This document shows, one piece after another, positions 1 to 13,540 of a stretch of 64,000 bases of DNA. The first letter of the stretch is position 1; every line of letters starts with the position of its first letter. The position numbers and the translations under genes were made by a program. The DNA is from an uncultured Spirochaetota bacterium (GTDB taxonomy: Bacteria > Spirochaetota > Spirochaetia > SZUA-6 > CAVTHK01). The stretch is from assembly GCA_963734495.1 (NCBI GenBank), contig CAVTHK010000003.1:259660-323659 (forward strand), in the 5' to 3' direction. Below the pieces are notes generated by a model. It saw only the letters and a list, made by a program, of their open reading frames with translations. It ran no database searches and was not told where the DNA came from.

Positions 1-315
1 TCAGTAGCTGTAGGCCTCGTCTTTGATCGGGAGGTTCTTCTTGAGCTCCCGCAGGTACTCCCGCGAGTCGCCCATCGGTTCGTAGCGCTCGCATTCGTCG
101 ATGGCGCGCCGTACGACCGTGAAGTACTTGTAGAGCTTCTCCGTGCCCAGGCGCTTTCGCCACTTGCCGGCGATGCACCGCACGCGCAGGTTGTACTGGC
201 CGCTGCTCGCGGCGGGCACACGCACCAGCTTGCAGCTTCTGACAATTCGCGCAGTAGATCTTGCCCCTGCGAGGATCACTGCCGTCGAGCACTTCGCGCA
301 CCGCGTCGGACATCC
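1..315 (-). pseudogene. small hypothetical Cys-containing protein (about 105 aa) with one frame break near 235-250
   Basis: ATG at 315 gives MSDAVREVLDGSDPRRGKIYCANC. After a frame change it continues as KLVRVPAASSGQYNLRVRCIAGKWRKRLGTEKLYKYF...EAYSY, with the stop at 1-3. No family recognised. Confidence 0.3.
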
Positions 316-424
316 GTGATGCCTCCGCTATCCTATGCCGGCATACTACAATAATCGTCCGAGCGCGGTCAATAGTTGAAGGCCTGCGCCCGCCGCGCCG
401 CGTCGCGCGCCTGCGGCACGCGCA

Positions 425-1595
425 CTACCGCGCGAACGGCGCCGTGAGCATGTCCATGATCTGCGCCGCTCGCGGCCAGGGGACGTCCCTTGAGCGCCTT
501 CCTTCTCGGAGAAGCCGGCCGCACGCGTCGGGCTCGACGTCCGTTCCGGCCAGCGCGAACGGGCACGGCGTCCCGCGTGTGGGTCTTCACGTAGCAGGGC
601 GTCGGGTGGTCGGGCATCACGAGGATGCGCCACTGCGCGTACCGGCGCGAGCGCGTCGAGCAGCGGCGCGACGATGGCGCGGTCGATCTCCTCGAGGCTG
701 CGCACCTTCTCCTGCCATTCCCCGCGGTGGCCTGCTTCGTCCGGCGCCTCGATGTGCACGCAGACGAGGTCGTGGTCGGCGAGAGCCGCCACGCCCGCGG
801 CGCCCTTGCCGCGGAAGTTGGTGTCCGTGTTCCCGGTGGCGCCCGTCCACCTCGATCGTCGGCCAGCCGATGAGGCTGCCGAGGCCGCGCGCGAGGTCCA
901 CGGCGCAGACCATGGCGCCGCGCAGGCCCCGCCGCCGTGCCGCGAACGGCTCGAGGCGGGCCGGCTTGCCCTGGCCCCAGAGCCAGATCGACGACACGCC
1001 TCGGCGGGCGCCGCGCCGCGGAAGAGGTCGCGGCTGCGCTCGATCATCGCCACAAGCGGCTCCGAGCCCTCGCCCGCGGGCAGATGGCGGGCGAAGGGCT
1101 GCCCGAGGATGTCGTGAGGGGCAGTGGTGCGCACGCCCGAGGCGTCGTGCGACCATACCATGAGGTTGCGGTAGCTCACCCCGGAGTAGAAGCGCGCCTC
1201 GGGCACTCCCATCTCGCGGTTGAGCGCATCCACGAGGCCGGCCGCGTCGCGCGCTGGAGACCCCCCCGCCGGAGTGGTCCTTCATCAGGTCGCCGTCGAG
1301 GGTCACGAGGTTGCAGCGGAAGACCCAGTCGCCGTCGGCGACGGGTACGCCGCGGGCCGCCGCCTCGATGGGCGCCCGTCCCGTGTGGTCCCGCTCGGGG
1401 TCGTAGCCGAGGACCGACATGATGGCCACGTCGCTCCCGGCCTCCATGCTGTCGGGAATGCAGTGGACGGTCCCGCTGCGGCCCCGTCGGACGATGCCGT
1501 CCATGGCCGGGATGTCCGCCGCCTCCAGGGGTGTGCGGCCTGCCGAGCTCGCGCATCGGCAGGTCCGCCGCCCCGTCGATGATGACGAGGGCCAT
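425..1595 (-). pseudogene. apgM: cofactor-independent phosphoglycerate mutase family protein (ApgM-like), at least 6 frame breaks
   Basis: Pieces lie in three frames: MALVIIDGAADLPMRELG, HCIPDSMEAGSDVAIMSVLGYDP, DGDWVFRCNLVTLDGDLMKDHSGG, SSIWLWGQGKP, and the metal-site motif VCVHIEAPDEAGH. ATG at 1595 lies 8 nt after the hom stop. The 3-prime end is uncertain (346-427). Confidence 0.7.
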
Positions 1596-1602
1596 CTTGG
1601 CC

Positions 1603-2921
1603 TCAGAGCTCTTCGGGGTGCTCATCAACGATCTCGATCCAGGTCGTCGGTGCCCTTGACGACCGGAAGCCGGTCGATCGACGCGAGGGCGTCGCGCAGC
1701 CTTCCCTCGCTGGCCCTGTACGTCGTGATCACGACCGGGACCCCCTCCGACGGCTGGCGCACCATCCGGCAGCTCCTTCTGCAGCACCGAGCTGATGCTG
1801 ATCTCGTTGTCGCCGAGCCGCGAGGCGATCTGGGCGAGGACGCCAGGGGAATCCTCGCACATCACGCGGAGGTAGTAGCGGCTCTGGTTCGACGCCTGGT
1901 CGAGCGGTCGCGCCGTCGGCGCCCGGTCCGGCCACAGGAAGGTCGCGAAGAACGGCTGCGCCGTCCCCGCCGCGATGGCGTGGATGTCGGCGACGACGGC
2001 CGAGGCCGTCGGCCGCCCGCCCGCGCCCCGGCCGTAGTACATCGTGTGGCCCGTGGCGTGCCCGTACACGCTGATCGCGTTGAACGGCCCGGACACCCAC
2101 GCGAGGGGGTGCTCCTTGGAGATGAAGGCGGGCCTCACGTAGAGATTCACCCCGTCGCGGCGCTGTTTCGCGACCGCCAGCAGCTTGACGACGAAGCCCA
2201 GCTCCTGGCCGTAAGCCACGTCGCGTGCCTGGAGCGTGTCGATGCCGGAGACGGGGATGGAATCGAAGACGATCCGCTCGCCGAACGCCAGGGCGGAGAG
2301 GATCGCGAGCTTGTGCGCCGTGTCGGTGCCGCTCACGTCGAGGGTCGGGTCGGCCTCGGCGAGGCCCGCCGCCTGCGCCTCGGCGAGCGCCTCGCGGTAG
2401 CCCTTGCCCTCGCGCGTCATCTCGGTGAGGATGTAGTTGCAGGTCCCGTTGAGGATCCCGTAGAGCGCCGTGATGCGGTTCGCGATGAGGCCCTGGGTCA
2501 CGGCCGCCACCACCGGGATCCCGCCGCCGCAGCTCGCCTCGAAGCCCATGCTGACGCCGTGCTTGCGGGCGAGCGACAGCAGCTCGTTTCCGTGGTGCGC
2601 GAGCAGCGCCTTGTTGGCCGTGACGACGTGCTTGCCCGCGCGCAGCGCCCGCTCGATGATGTCCCTGGCCGCGGTCAGGCCGCCGACCAGCTCGACCACC
2701 ACCTGGATCGAAGGATCGGACAGCACCTTGTCGTAGTCGCCGCAGAACAGCTCCTCGGGCAAGCCGTTGGCGCGCGCGTTGGCAAAGTCGCGGTCGACGA
2801 TGTACTTGAGCTCTATGCGGCTGTCTGTGCGCGCCGCGACGACGGCGCGTTCCTGCGTGAGAAGCCTTGCTGTGGCTGCGCCCACTGTGCCGCAGCCGAC
2901 GAGGGCGACATTCGTGTTCAA
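1603..2921 (-). pseudogene. hom: homoserine dehydrogenase, two frame breaks in the C-terminal ACT region (about 1750-1765 and 1645-1660)
   Basis: TTG start at 2921 preceded by GGAGAA. Recognised stretches: NVALVGCGTVGAATARLL, VVTANKALLA, GILNGTCNYILT. After two +1 shifts the tail reads EGVPVVITTYRASEGRLRDALASIDRLPVVKG and then TTWIEIVDEHPEEL with its stop. Confidence 0.85.
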
Positions 2922-3032
2922 AAGAGGTTCTCCGAGCGCAGAGATCGTCCCGATCGTATCGGCCCGGGCAGCGTGTGTCAAGGACGCCGCCCGACGGCCG
3001 CGGCGGGCGGGACGGCGCGCCGAGGCACCGCG

Positions 3033-3063
3033 TGACGCAAATCCGGCGGCGGGGTGATACAAT
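3033..3063 (+). promoter_or_regulatory. candidate sigma70 promoter with extended -10 (TGaTACAAT) for the FecR-like gene
   Basis: TG at 3055-3056 and TACAAT at 3058-3063. A weak -35 (TGACGC) sits at 3033-3038. The element lies 33 nt upstream of the ATG at 3096. Confidence 0.3.
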
Positions 3064-3095
3064 AGGCGACAAGACCCGCGCAAGGACAAACACCG

Positions 3096-4165
3096 ATGAG
3101 AAAGGCCCTGTTCCTGCCTGATCCTGCTCGCATCCTGCGCCCTCGCCTTCGCGGAGCAGGTCGGCGAGATCCTCTTTGTGGACGGCGACGTCGACTCCTG
3201 CGCAACGAGCAGACGCTCACCGGGGCCGAGCTCGACATCGGCGGCGCCGATCGAGAACCTGGACCGCTTGCGCACCGGTGATGGACGGCCAGGTGACGAT
3301 CGCGATCACGGCGTCGTACGGGGCGCCGGCGGAGATCCGCATCGCCCCGCGAACGACCTTCTACGTCGAGATCGAGCAGACGGAGCGCCGCAGCACGACC
3401 ACGCTCGGTCTCATGACCGGATCGATCGGACTCAAGGTGCAGAAGCTCAGCGGCAACCGCGACCTCGCGGTGCGGACGGACACCACGGTGATGGGCGTGC
3501 GGGGCACGACGTTCGACGTCAGCACCTCGCCCGCGGGCGACGTGCTCGTGAGCACCCAGGAGGGGTCGGTCGCCTGCTCGGACTCCGAGAAGGGCGGCGA
3601 GATCGTCGCCGAGCCGGGGCAGGTCGTCGAGAGGCGCGTCGACGACGGCACCTTCCGCTCGATCCCGGTCGCCGTCTCGAGCCTCGAGCAGTTCCGCCGC
3701 GACTGGATCGCCGAGCGCATCGCGGTGTTCCGCAGCAACGCCCTCCGCGTGACGCGGTCCTACGCGCAGCGCTACGACCAGCTGGTCGGCGAGTTCAACG
3801 ATGCCTACGGCGACCTGATGCGCAACGGCGAGATCCTGGCCAAGTGGGTCCGGGAGGACAGGCAGGGCGGGATCGGCAGCCGTCTCGAGATCATGCGCGA
3901 GAAGCGGGCCGTCGTCGGCTCCCTGTTCCGGCTGCGCAGGACGCTCTTCGTGTTCGAGCGCGTCTATTTCAGGCTCGCCGAGCTCGAGGGCTACTACAAT
4001 GAGGGCGTCGGCCGCGGCGACCTGCGCCCCGGCCTGTCGGCAGCCCAGTTCTGGGCGCGCGTCGCGTCCGACCGCAGGGACCTCGCGGCGAAGATGGCGC
4101 GGGTCCGCTACGTGATCAAGCTCTACGCGAAGCGCAACGACGGCCAGTTCCCCGGCGAGTCCTGA
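3096..4165 (+). pseudogene. FecR-domain protein with N-terminal signal peptide; three frame breaks between 3115 and 3290
   Basis: MRKALFL, then LILLASCALAFAEQVGEILFVDGDVD, LLRNEQTLTGAELDIG, APIENLDRLRTGD, and then an intact 3290-4165 stretch (TDTTVMGVRGTTFDVSTSPAGDVLVSTQEGSV). Confidence 0.55.
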
Positions 4166-4256
4166 CCGGGTCGCTCGGGCCGGGACCGGTTCCGGAAACG
4201 GGACGGGAGCGCGGCGCATTTCGGCTATCGGGGCGGACCCGACGGAGGCAACAAAA

Positions 4257-4294
4257 AGAGACCGGCTCGCGCCGGTCTCTTTCTTTTCGGTTTT
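4257..4294. terminator. bidirectional rho-independent terminator between convergent genes
   Basis: Perfect 10-bp stem AGAGACCGGC / GCCGGTCTCT with loop TCGC. It is followed by TTCTTTTCGGTTTT and preceded by ACAAAAAG. Confidence 0.65.
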
Positions 4295-4386
4295 GGAGGC
4301 TCCGCGGTCCAGGAGCCTGTCGGACTTTCGGCAGGCCGTCGCTCGCGCCCCTGCCGGTTGTCTGGCCGCGGCGGACCGCGGCCGGC

Positions 4387-5484
<1,098 letters not shown>

Positions 5485-5720
5485 GCAGCTACCTCCAGGC
5501 GCTGAGCGAGATTATTCTATGGTTCCGGTAGTGTAACTCGTCGATGTCGCGTTGTCAAACGATATTTGCGCATCCGGAGCCTCCGGAGGCCTCCTGACGC
5601 GTCTAGGACGGGCCGCGGAAGCCCCTCGAGACCGGCCTCACGGCACCCGCAGGCCGGGGGATGCGGCCACGAGCTGCCCGGGCGCGGCGCCAAAGGCGTC
5701 CTGATCCGTTGCGCCCGCGA

Positions 5721-6941
5721 TCATCTGAACCCGGCGGCCTCGAGCTTCTTGCGGAGCGGGGTCTGGGCGCTTCCGGCCAGCACCGCCTCTCGCAGCCACG
5801 GAAGGACCACCCCGTCCCGGACCGTGCCCCAGCCGGCCGGAAGCGGCTCCGGCGCGAGGAGCATGTCTCTGGGCGGGATGTGGCCGACGAACACAGGGTA
5901 GTGGTGCGGCTGCGGCAGGTCGTTCTCGGCCACGGCCACGAGCGCCGGCAGCCCGTCGGCCACGCCGAAGACGCCGGGCAGGCGCTTGAAGTGGTTGGTC
6001 TCCATCAGCCGGATCTGAGTCTGAGGCTGGAACAGCCAGAGGAGAAAACGCCGGGCGCCCCGGGGATTGCGCGAACCTCTGAGGGAACCGGCGTGGAGGA
6101 CCTCGCTCACGGGGATCCGGTCCTTCTCGCCGAGCCAGCGGAAGTCCAGGTTCTGCCGCTTCTCCGGGGGGATGGCGAGGAACTCGCGCGAGTCCGACAG
6201 GTAGAACAGGATCCGGCTGTCCTCGATCAGCCGGTAGTAGGGGACGTGCAGGTACTTGGAATCGAAATCCCGCAGGTCGTCCGTGTTCAGGCTCTTTGAC
6301 CAGTCCCGGAAACGATTCAGCGTCCCCTCGAGCACGGAGTCGTCCCACTGCACGCTGCGGCCGTCGCTCGAGCGGAAAGCGACTCCGTCGAGGGCAGCCG
6401 TGTAGTAGACGAACGCAGGCCGCCACGCCGGCGAAAAGCCGACCTTGCGGGCGATCCGGCTCTTCTGCGCATCGAACTCGGCCGCCTTGGCGCGTATGTA
6501 CTCCGGCGTGACGTAGCTTGCCGGAGCCTCTTCGGCGAGCGCCGCGGGCTTGAACACCACCATCGGCAGATTGAAGGAAACCGGCAGAAGGTACTGGTTG
6601 TTGTCCTGGCGGCCGGTCTCCAGCAGCGCCTTGTAGAACGACCGCGGGTCCAGCCTGCCCTTGCCGAACAGGTCTCCGACCGATCGGAAGTGCTCCCGCA
6701 TGTCGGGGCCGGCCATTCCCGCGGCCACCACGACGTCCGCCCCCGTGCCTCCCTTGCGCACCGCGGCCGCGGGGTCCGGCCGGTAAACGAGCTCCACCTT
6801 GACGTCGCGCTGCGCGGCGTTGAACACCTCCACGTAAGCTGCCATCTCGCTCCTGTCGGTCAGCAGGTAGACGGTGAAGGCAGACCTCTGTGAGCACCCG
6901 GCGACGAGCACGGCGAAGAACAAGGGGAAGGCGACTCTCAT
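5721..6941 (-). CDS. lipoprotein resembling an ABC solute-binding protein
   Basis: Intact 406 aa with lipobox FAVLVAGCS. The overall pattern resembles extracellular solute-binding proteins, but the family was not confirmed. Confidence 0.5.
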   Translation of the reverse strand: MRVAFPLFFAVLVAGCSQRSAFTVYLLTDRSEMAAYVEVFNAAQRDVKVELVYRPDPAAAVRKGGTGADVVVAAGMAGPDMREHFRSVGDLFGKGRLDPRSFYKALLETGRQDNNQYLLPVSFNLPMVVFKPAALAEEAPASYVTPEYIRAKAAEFDAQKSRIARKVGFSPAWRPAFVYYTAALDGVAFRSSDGRSVQWDDSVLEGTLNRFRDWSKSLNTDDLRDFDSKYLHVPYYRLIEDSRILFYLSDSREFLAIPPEKRQNLDFRWLGEKDRIPVSEVLHAGSLRGSRNPRGARRFLLWLFQPQTQIRLMETNHFKRLPGVFGVADGLPALVAVAENDLPQPHHYPVFVGHIPPRDMLLAPEPLPAGWGTVRDGVVLPWLREAVLAGSAQTPLRKKLEAAGFR

Positions 6942-7047
6942 ACGGTGCGCCGACTCTAGGGAAGGTGTCCCGCCTTGTCAAGAAACGACCCTGCCGGCGC
7001 CTGCCGGCGTGTTGAGCAAGCGGAGCGAAAGCGTCAGACTCTCCGGC

Positions 7048-8025
7048 ATGCCGGCCACGGAGCGCTACTCCTCCTATGCCGCCTACCTCCGGCGCCGCTA
7101 CGGGGAGCCGGTCCACCGCGTCGCGGTGGACGCCGGGTTCTCATGCCCGCACAGGAGCGCGGACCGGCGCTCCGGGGGCTGCACGTTCTGCGGAGAGAGC
7201 GGCTCGCGAGCTCCCTACCTCGGCCCCGCGGACCGCAGCCCCGGCCCGGCCGGCTCGCCGACGGCCCTCGAGTCCCTCCGCGCGCAGATAGCGCGCGGAA
7301 CGGCATTTCTGGAGCACCGCTACGGCGCGCGAGCCTTCATTCTCTATTTCCAGGCGTTCTCGAACACGTTCGCGCCCCTCGCGGCCCTGCGGGCGACCTA
7401 CGACGCGGGCCTCGCCGCGGCGCCGTTCCGCGGCCTCGTGGTGTCCACCAGGCCCGACTGCGTGGACGCCGAGCGGGCGGCCCTGCTCGCGGGCTACCAG
7501 GGACCCGAGCGGGAGGTGTGGGTCGAGCTCGGGCTGCAGTCGGCCTGCGAGCGGACGCTGCGCCGGATCCGCCGCGGCCACGGGGCGGCCGCTTTCGAGC
7601 GCGCGTTTGCCCTGCTGCGCGAGCGCGGCCTGCGGGTGACGCCGCACCTGATCTTCGGGCTCCCGGGGGAGGGGTGGGAGGAGATCGAGGCGACGATCGA
7701 CCTCGTCGCCCGCCTCGCTCCAGACGGCGTGAAGATCCACAACCTCCACGTCCCCGTCGGGACTCCGCTCGCGGGCGAAGCGCGCGCGGGCGAGCTCGCG
7801 GTCCTGTCCGCCGAGAGGCACCTGGATTACGTGATCCGCGCGCTCGAGCGGCTGCCCCGGTCGACCGTGGTGGTGCGGCTCACCTGCGACACGCAGGCGG
7901 ACCGGCTGGCGCTTCCCCGGCGCTTCCTCGACAAGGCGGCGTTCAGGCGCCTGTTGCTCGCGGAGATGGCCGCGCGCGACACCTGGCAGGGGCGGCTGCG
8001 GGGCGAGCCGCGGCCCGAGGGCTGA
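7048..8025 (+). CDS. radical SAM protein, TIGR01212 (YhcC-like) family
   Basis: MPATERYSSYAAYLRRRYGEPVHRVAVDAGFSCPHR...GGCTFCGESG. The ORF-track start at 6874 would overlap the divergent gene, so the ATG at 7048 is preferred. Confidence 0.75.
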   Translation: MPATERYSSYAAYLRRRYGEPVHRVAVDAGFSCPHRSADRRSGGCTFCGESGSRAPYLGPADRSPGPAGSPTALESLRAQIARGTAFLEHRYGARAFILYFQAFSNTFAPLAALRATYDAGLAAAPFRGLVVSTRPDCVDAERAALLAGYQGPEREVWVELGLQSACERTLRRIRRGHGAAAFERAFALLRERGLRVTPHLIFGLPGEGWEEIEATIDLVARLAPDGVKIHNLHVPVGTPLAGEARAGELAVLSAERHLDYVIRALERLPRSTVVVRLTCDTQADRLALPRRFLDKAAFRRLLLAEMAARDTWQGRLRGEPRPEG

Positions 8026-8087
8026 CGGCGCCTGTACAGGGCGGCGGGCGCTCGTGTATCCTCGGGCGAAAACAAGGAGCAGGCAGG

Positions 8088-9023
8088 ATGAACCTCAAAG
8101 GTCGATCGCTCTTGACGCTCAAGGACTACACCGCGGAGGAGATCCGCGGTCTTCTCGATCTCGCGCACAAGGTCAAGAAGGAGCGGCGCTCGGGCAAGGT
8201 CGGCAGGCGCTTCGCGGGCAAGGCACTGGCGCTCATCTTCGAGAAACGCTCCACGCGGACCCGGTGCGCATTCGAAACGGCGTTCGGCGAGGAGGGCGGC
8301 CACGTGTCGTTCCTCTCGATGGCCGACATCCACCTCGGCTCCAAGGAGACGATCGAGGACACGGCGCGGGTGCTGGGCAGGATGTTCGACGCGATCCAGT
8401 TCAGGGGATTCAAGCAGGCGACCGCCGAGGCGCTCGCCGCGTATTCGGGCGTCCCCGTCTACAACGGCCTCACCGACGTCTACCACCCGACTCAGTCGCT
8501 CGCCGACCTGATGACCCTCGAGGAGGCGTTCGGCCGCCTCAAGGGGCTGCGCCTCGCGTATGTCGGAGACGGGCGCAACAACGTCGCTCATTCCCTGCTG
8601 ATCGCGTGCTCCAAGATGGGCGTCGACTTCGCCATCGGCGCCCCCGAGAGCCTCTCTCCCTCGCAGGAGCAGCTGGACTACGCCCGCGGGGAGGCCGCGC
8701 GCAGCGGCGCCCGCGTCGAGGTCACCTCCCGCCCCGAGCAGGCGGTCCGCGGCGCCGACGCCGTGTACACCGACGTGTGGGTCTCGATGGGGGAGGAGGC
8801 GCAGGAAAAGGAGCGTGTCGAGCTCCTGACGCCTTTCCAGGTGAACGATCGCCTCATGAGCGCTACGGGAAAAAAGGAGTCGATCTTCCTGCACTGCCTG
8901 CCGGCGGTGCGGGGGAACGAGGTCACCGGCCAGGTGCTCGACGGACCGCAGTCGCGGGCCTTCGACGAGGCGGAGAACCGCAAGCACACCATCAAGGCGC
9001 TGATGCTCGCTACGATAAATTGA
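8088..9023 (+). CDS. argF: ornithine carbamoyltransferase
   Basis: Motifs STRTR, HPTQ and HCLP are present. AAGGAG lies upstream of the ATG at 8088. The long 682-aa ORF upstream is out-of-frame read-through. Confidence 0.9.
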   Translation: MNLKGRSLLTLKDYTAEEIRGLLDLAHKVKKERRSGKVGRRFAGKALALIFEKRSTRTRCAFETAFGEEGGHVSFLSMADIHLGSKETIEDTARVLGRMFDAIQFRGFKQATAEALAAYSGVPVYNGLTDVYHPTQSLADLMTLEEAFGRLKGLRLAYVGDGRNNVAHSLLIACSKMGVDFAIGAPESLSPSQEQLDYARGEAARSGARVEVTSRPEQAVRGADAVYTDVWVSMGEEAQEKERVELLTPFQVNDRLMSATGKKESIFLHCLPAVRGNEVTGQVLDGPQSRAFDEAENRKHTIKALMLATIN

Positions 9024-9082
9024 AGAAGGTCGCCCGCCGCGCGCTCTGACCCGGGCCTGGGCCGGCGCGTTCGCGGGAGGAG

Positions 9083-10375
9083 CTACAGCGCCTGCGCCGC
9101 CCGGTACACCGCGTCGTAGAGCTCCTCGACCTGCTCGGGCTCCACGGCCGAGAACGCGATCCGCAGCAGCCGCTCGTCCATGGCGACGGTCCCGACGCCC
9201 TGCTCGAGCAGCTTCTGGCGCAGCTCCTCCGCGCTCCCCCTCTTGAGCCGGAAGCACATGAAGTAGCCGGAATTGAACGGCAGGAGCTCCAGCGCCGGAG
9301 GCACCTTGCGCCCGGCGAGGACCTGCTTGACCTTGCGGTACTTCGCCTCGACCAGCCGGACGGCCGCTTCCTTTTCCTGCCGGTACGTCGGCTTCTCCAT
9401 GGCCCGGATCAGCAGGTACTGGGCGGGGCGGCCGGCCATCGAGACTGTGGCGCGGATGGCGCCCATGGTCTTGTTCTCGAGGGCGGAGTACTGGGCCGGC
9501 TGGAGGCCCTTGGCCCCGTAGGTCAGCATGCCGACGCGGAAGCCCCAGACCATGTCTTCCTTGGTGCTCCCGTCGATCTTGACCGCGAGGATGTTCTCGT
9601 GCAGCGGAGCGAGATAGGTGAACAGCGACTCCTTGCAGGTCTCCTCCTCGAAGAAGAGGCCGAAGTAGGCGTCGTCGATGATCACCAGCATGGAAAGCCC
9701 GCGATCGGCCAGGTCCCCCAGGACGTGCACGATCGCCTGCGCCTCGTCGCGCGTCGGCGAATACCCGGTGGGGTTGTTGGGAAAGTTGAGCAGCACGATC
9801 GCCTTGCCCCGGCTCTCTTCGCGCACCAGCGCCTCTCTCAGCCCCGCGGCGTTGAAGCCGCCGGAGCGCGTGAAGAAGGGGAAGGTGACGAAGCGCGCCT
9901 CGCGCCGGTCCTCGTACATGAGGCGGTAGTTCTCCCACGCAAGGTCGGGGATCACGACGGGGTCGCCCGCGTCGATGAACAGGTCGCCGGCGATCGACAG
10001 CCCGTGGGTCAGGCCCGCGGTCACCAGGGGCACGGATGTGGGCACCCCCGCGAGGCCGGGGTTCTTCTCGACCATGGCGGCCTTCCAGATCTCTCTCAAG
10101 CGGGGCTCGCCCGCCGTCGTCGAGTAGCCGACCAGCTCCGACGGCGACAGCGAGGGCACGGCGGCGCGGATCGAGGGCAGAGCGATGGGCTGGCCCTCGG
10201 TGAACGCCATGCCGGCGGTCGCGTTGAAGCGGCTGGCCTTCTTGTTGGCCTCCGCGGTCTGGGCGACGATCCCCTTGGGGAAGTAGGCGCGCCTTCCGTA
10301 GCGCGAGAGCAGGCGCTCCGCCACCGTTCCCGCCAGCGCCGCATTCGCCTCCTGCAGAGGAGTCACTGGAGCCAT
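9083..10375 (-). CDS. PLP-dependent aminotransferase, class I/II fold
   Basis: NFPNNPTGY and the PLP-lysine region KIDGSTKEDMVWGFRVG. The ATG at 10375 has GGAGGA 4 nt upstream. Confidence 0.8.
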   Translation of the reverse strand: MAPVTPLQEANAALAGTVAERLLSRYGRRAYFPKGIVAQTAEANKKASRFNATAGMAFTEGQPIALPSIRAAVPSLSPSELVGYSTTAGEPRLREIWKAAMVEKNPGLAGVPTSVPLVTAGLTHGLSIAGDLFIDAGDPVVIPDLAWENYRLMYEDRREARFVTFPFFTRSGGFNAAGLREALVREESRGKAIVLLNFPNNPTGYSPTRDEAQAIVHVLGDLADRGLSMLVIIDDAYFGLFFEEETCKESLFTYLAPLHENILAVKIDGSTKEDMVWGFRVGMLTYGAKGLQPAQYSALENKTMGAIRATVSMAGRPAQYLLIRAMEKPTYRQEKEAAVRLVEAKYRKVKQVLAGRKVPPALELLPFNSGYFMCFRLKRGSAEELRQKLLEQGVGTVAMDERLLRIAFSAVEPEQVEELYDAVYRAAQAL

Positions 10376-10426
10376 CCCATCCTCCAAAACGCAGGCGGCG
10401 CCCGTCGCCGGGCGCCGCAGCGGACT

Positions 10427-12325
<1,899 letters not shown>

Positions 12326-12415
12326 ATCGACCGACCTCTATATCGGCCGCGGTCCTCCGCGGCCAGACTTGCCGAAGCGATGCAACTGGCGGCCTGCTGC
12401 AGGTCCGACAGCCTC

Positions 12416-12607
12416 CTAACGCGATTTACAGAGTCGCGCGACCGCCGCAAGGGCGATCGCTACCTCGTGTTCCCCGTCCGCGTTCACCGGAGCGGGCTCG
12501 GGCCGCCGCGACCCGAGGGCGACCCTGACGGCCGCACCCGTGGCGAGGGAGGCTGCCACCCCCGCCGCCATACCGACCAGCAGCAGAACGACGTCGCGCG
12601 CGATCAC
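12416..12607 (-). CDS. small single-pass membrane protein, OadG/MmdD-like
   Basis: 63 aa. The GTG start overlaps the birA stop (GTGA). Hydrophobic N-terminus VVLLLVGMAAGVAASL and an EVAIALAAVA tail, as in decarboxylase gamma/delta chains. Confidence 0.45.
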   Translation of the reverse strand: MIARDVVLLLVGMAAGVAASLATGAAVRVALGSRRPEPAPVNADGEHEVAIALAAVARLCKSR

Positions 12608-13338
12608 TGCACGTCTCCCAGGGTGAGTGTCACCCGGCCCTGGGGTGTGAGCACTGCGAGGGAGCCTTCCTCGGTGACGTCACAAGCCGTGCCAGTTATC
12701 CGGGAGTGGAGCGAGTTTACAGAAATCTGCCGACCTAGCATAGGGGTCAGGGCCAGGAACTCGGACCGGATCCAGGGAAAGCCGGCCTCCAGAAACGCGG
12801 GGTAGCCGGCGAAGAACTCGTCCAGAACGGCTTCCAGGAACGCGTCCCGCTCGACGGCCCGGCCCAGGACGAGGTTCAGCGACGCAGCCGGCTGATCGAT
12901 GGCGGCGAGGTCCTCCTCCCGCATCGCCAGGTTAACGCCCGCGCCCACGACCGCGCCGCGCACGCGGCCGGGCGCGCTCACGGCCTCGGCGAGGATGCCC
13001 GCGAGCTTGCGGCCCCCCGCGAGCAGGTCGTTCGGCCACTTGATCGCAACCTCGGCGCCCAGGCCGCGGGCGACGCGCGCGAGGACCACGGCCATGTACT
13101 GCGTCAGGTTCGGGAACCCCGCGGGCGGACGCTCCTGCCGCGCCGGCTCGAGCTTGAGCACGAGGCTCGCGTACAGGTTCCCCGCCACCGACGAGCGCCA
13201 CGCGCGCTCGAGGCGGCCCCGGCCCCGGGTCTGGCGGTCGGCGACGACGGCGAGGCCGTGGGGGAGCTCCTCGAACCGTTCGACGGCGTAGCGATTGGTC
13301 GACTCGATCTCGCCCAGGTGAAGGACGCGATGCCTCAT
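12604..13338 (-). CDS. birA: biotin--[acetyl-CoA-carboxylase] ligase (no DNA-binding domain)
   Basis: Intact 244 aa with the GRGRLERAW and KWPNDL motifs. Confidence 0.85.
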   Translation of the reverse strand: MRHRVLHLGEIESTNRYAVERFEELPHGLAVVADRQTRGRGRLERAWRSSVAGNLYASLVLKLEPARQERPPAGFPNLTQYMAVVLARVARGLGAEVAIKWPNDLLAGGRKLAGILAEAVSAPGRVRGAVVGAGVNLAMREEDLAAIDQPAASLNLVLGRAVERDAFLEAVLDEFFAGYPAFLEAGFPWIRSEFLALTPMLGRQISVNSLHSRITGTACDVTEEGSLAVLTPQGRVTLTLGDVQ

Positions 13339-13346
13339 CGCACGGG

Positions 13347-13532
13347 TCAGCGCTTGAGCACCCGTCGCTGAACGAGCTCGCGCATGCGCATGATGCCCTG
13401 CCTGCCATGCAGGGCCCAGGACCCGGCCGCGCCGGGCGCGGCGGCCGCACCCGCCTTCACCTTTGACGTCTCCTCTTCTTCCTCGAGGTAGCGCGCGACG
13501 CCGGCGAGAACCGCAAGCACTTCGGGGTTCAT
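13347..13532 (-). CDS. small acidic protein, possible accessory subunit of the carboxyltransferase complex
   Basis: 61 aa, MNPEVLAVLAGVARYLEEEEE...MRMRELVQRRVLKR. The ATG lies 9 nt after the stop of the upstream carboxyltransferase gene. Family not confirmed. Confidence 0.35.
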   Translation of the reverse strand: MNPEVLAVLAGVARYLEEEEETSKVKAGAAAAPGAAGSWALHGRQGIMRMRELVQRRVLKR

Positions 13533-13540
13533 CTCGGCTC

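Noticed and set aside
5560-5600. Short hairpin TCCGGAG-C-CTCCGGA downstream of the lipoprotein gene as a terminator
   Set aside because: The loop is too small and no U-tract follows. It is equally likely to be a chance GC palindrome.
6975-8087. N-terminal 370 aa of the 682-aa ORF that ends as argF
   Set aside because: It overlaps the radical SAM gene out of frame. argF homology begins at the ATG at 8088, which has its own ribosome-binding site.
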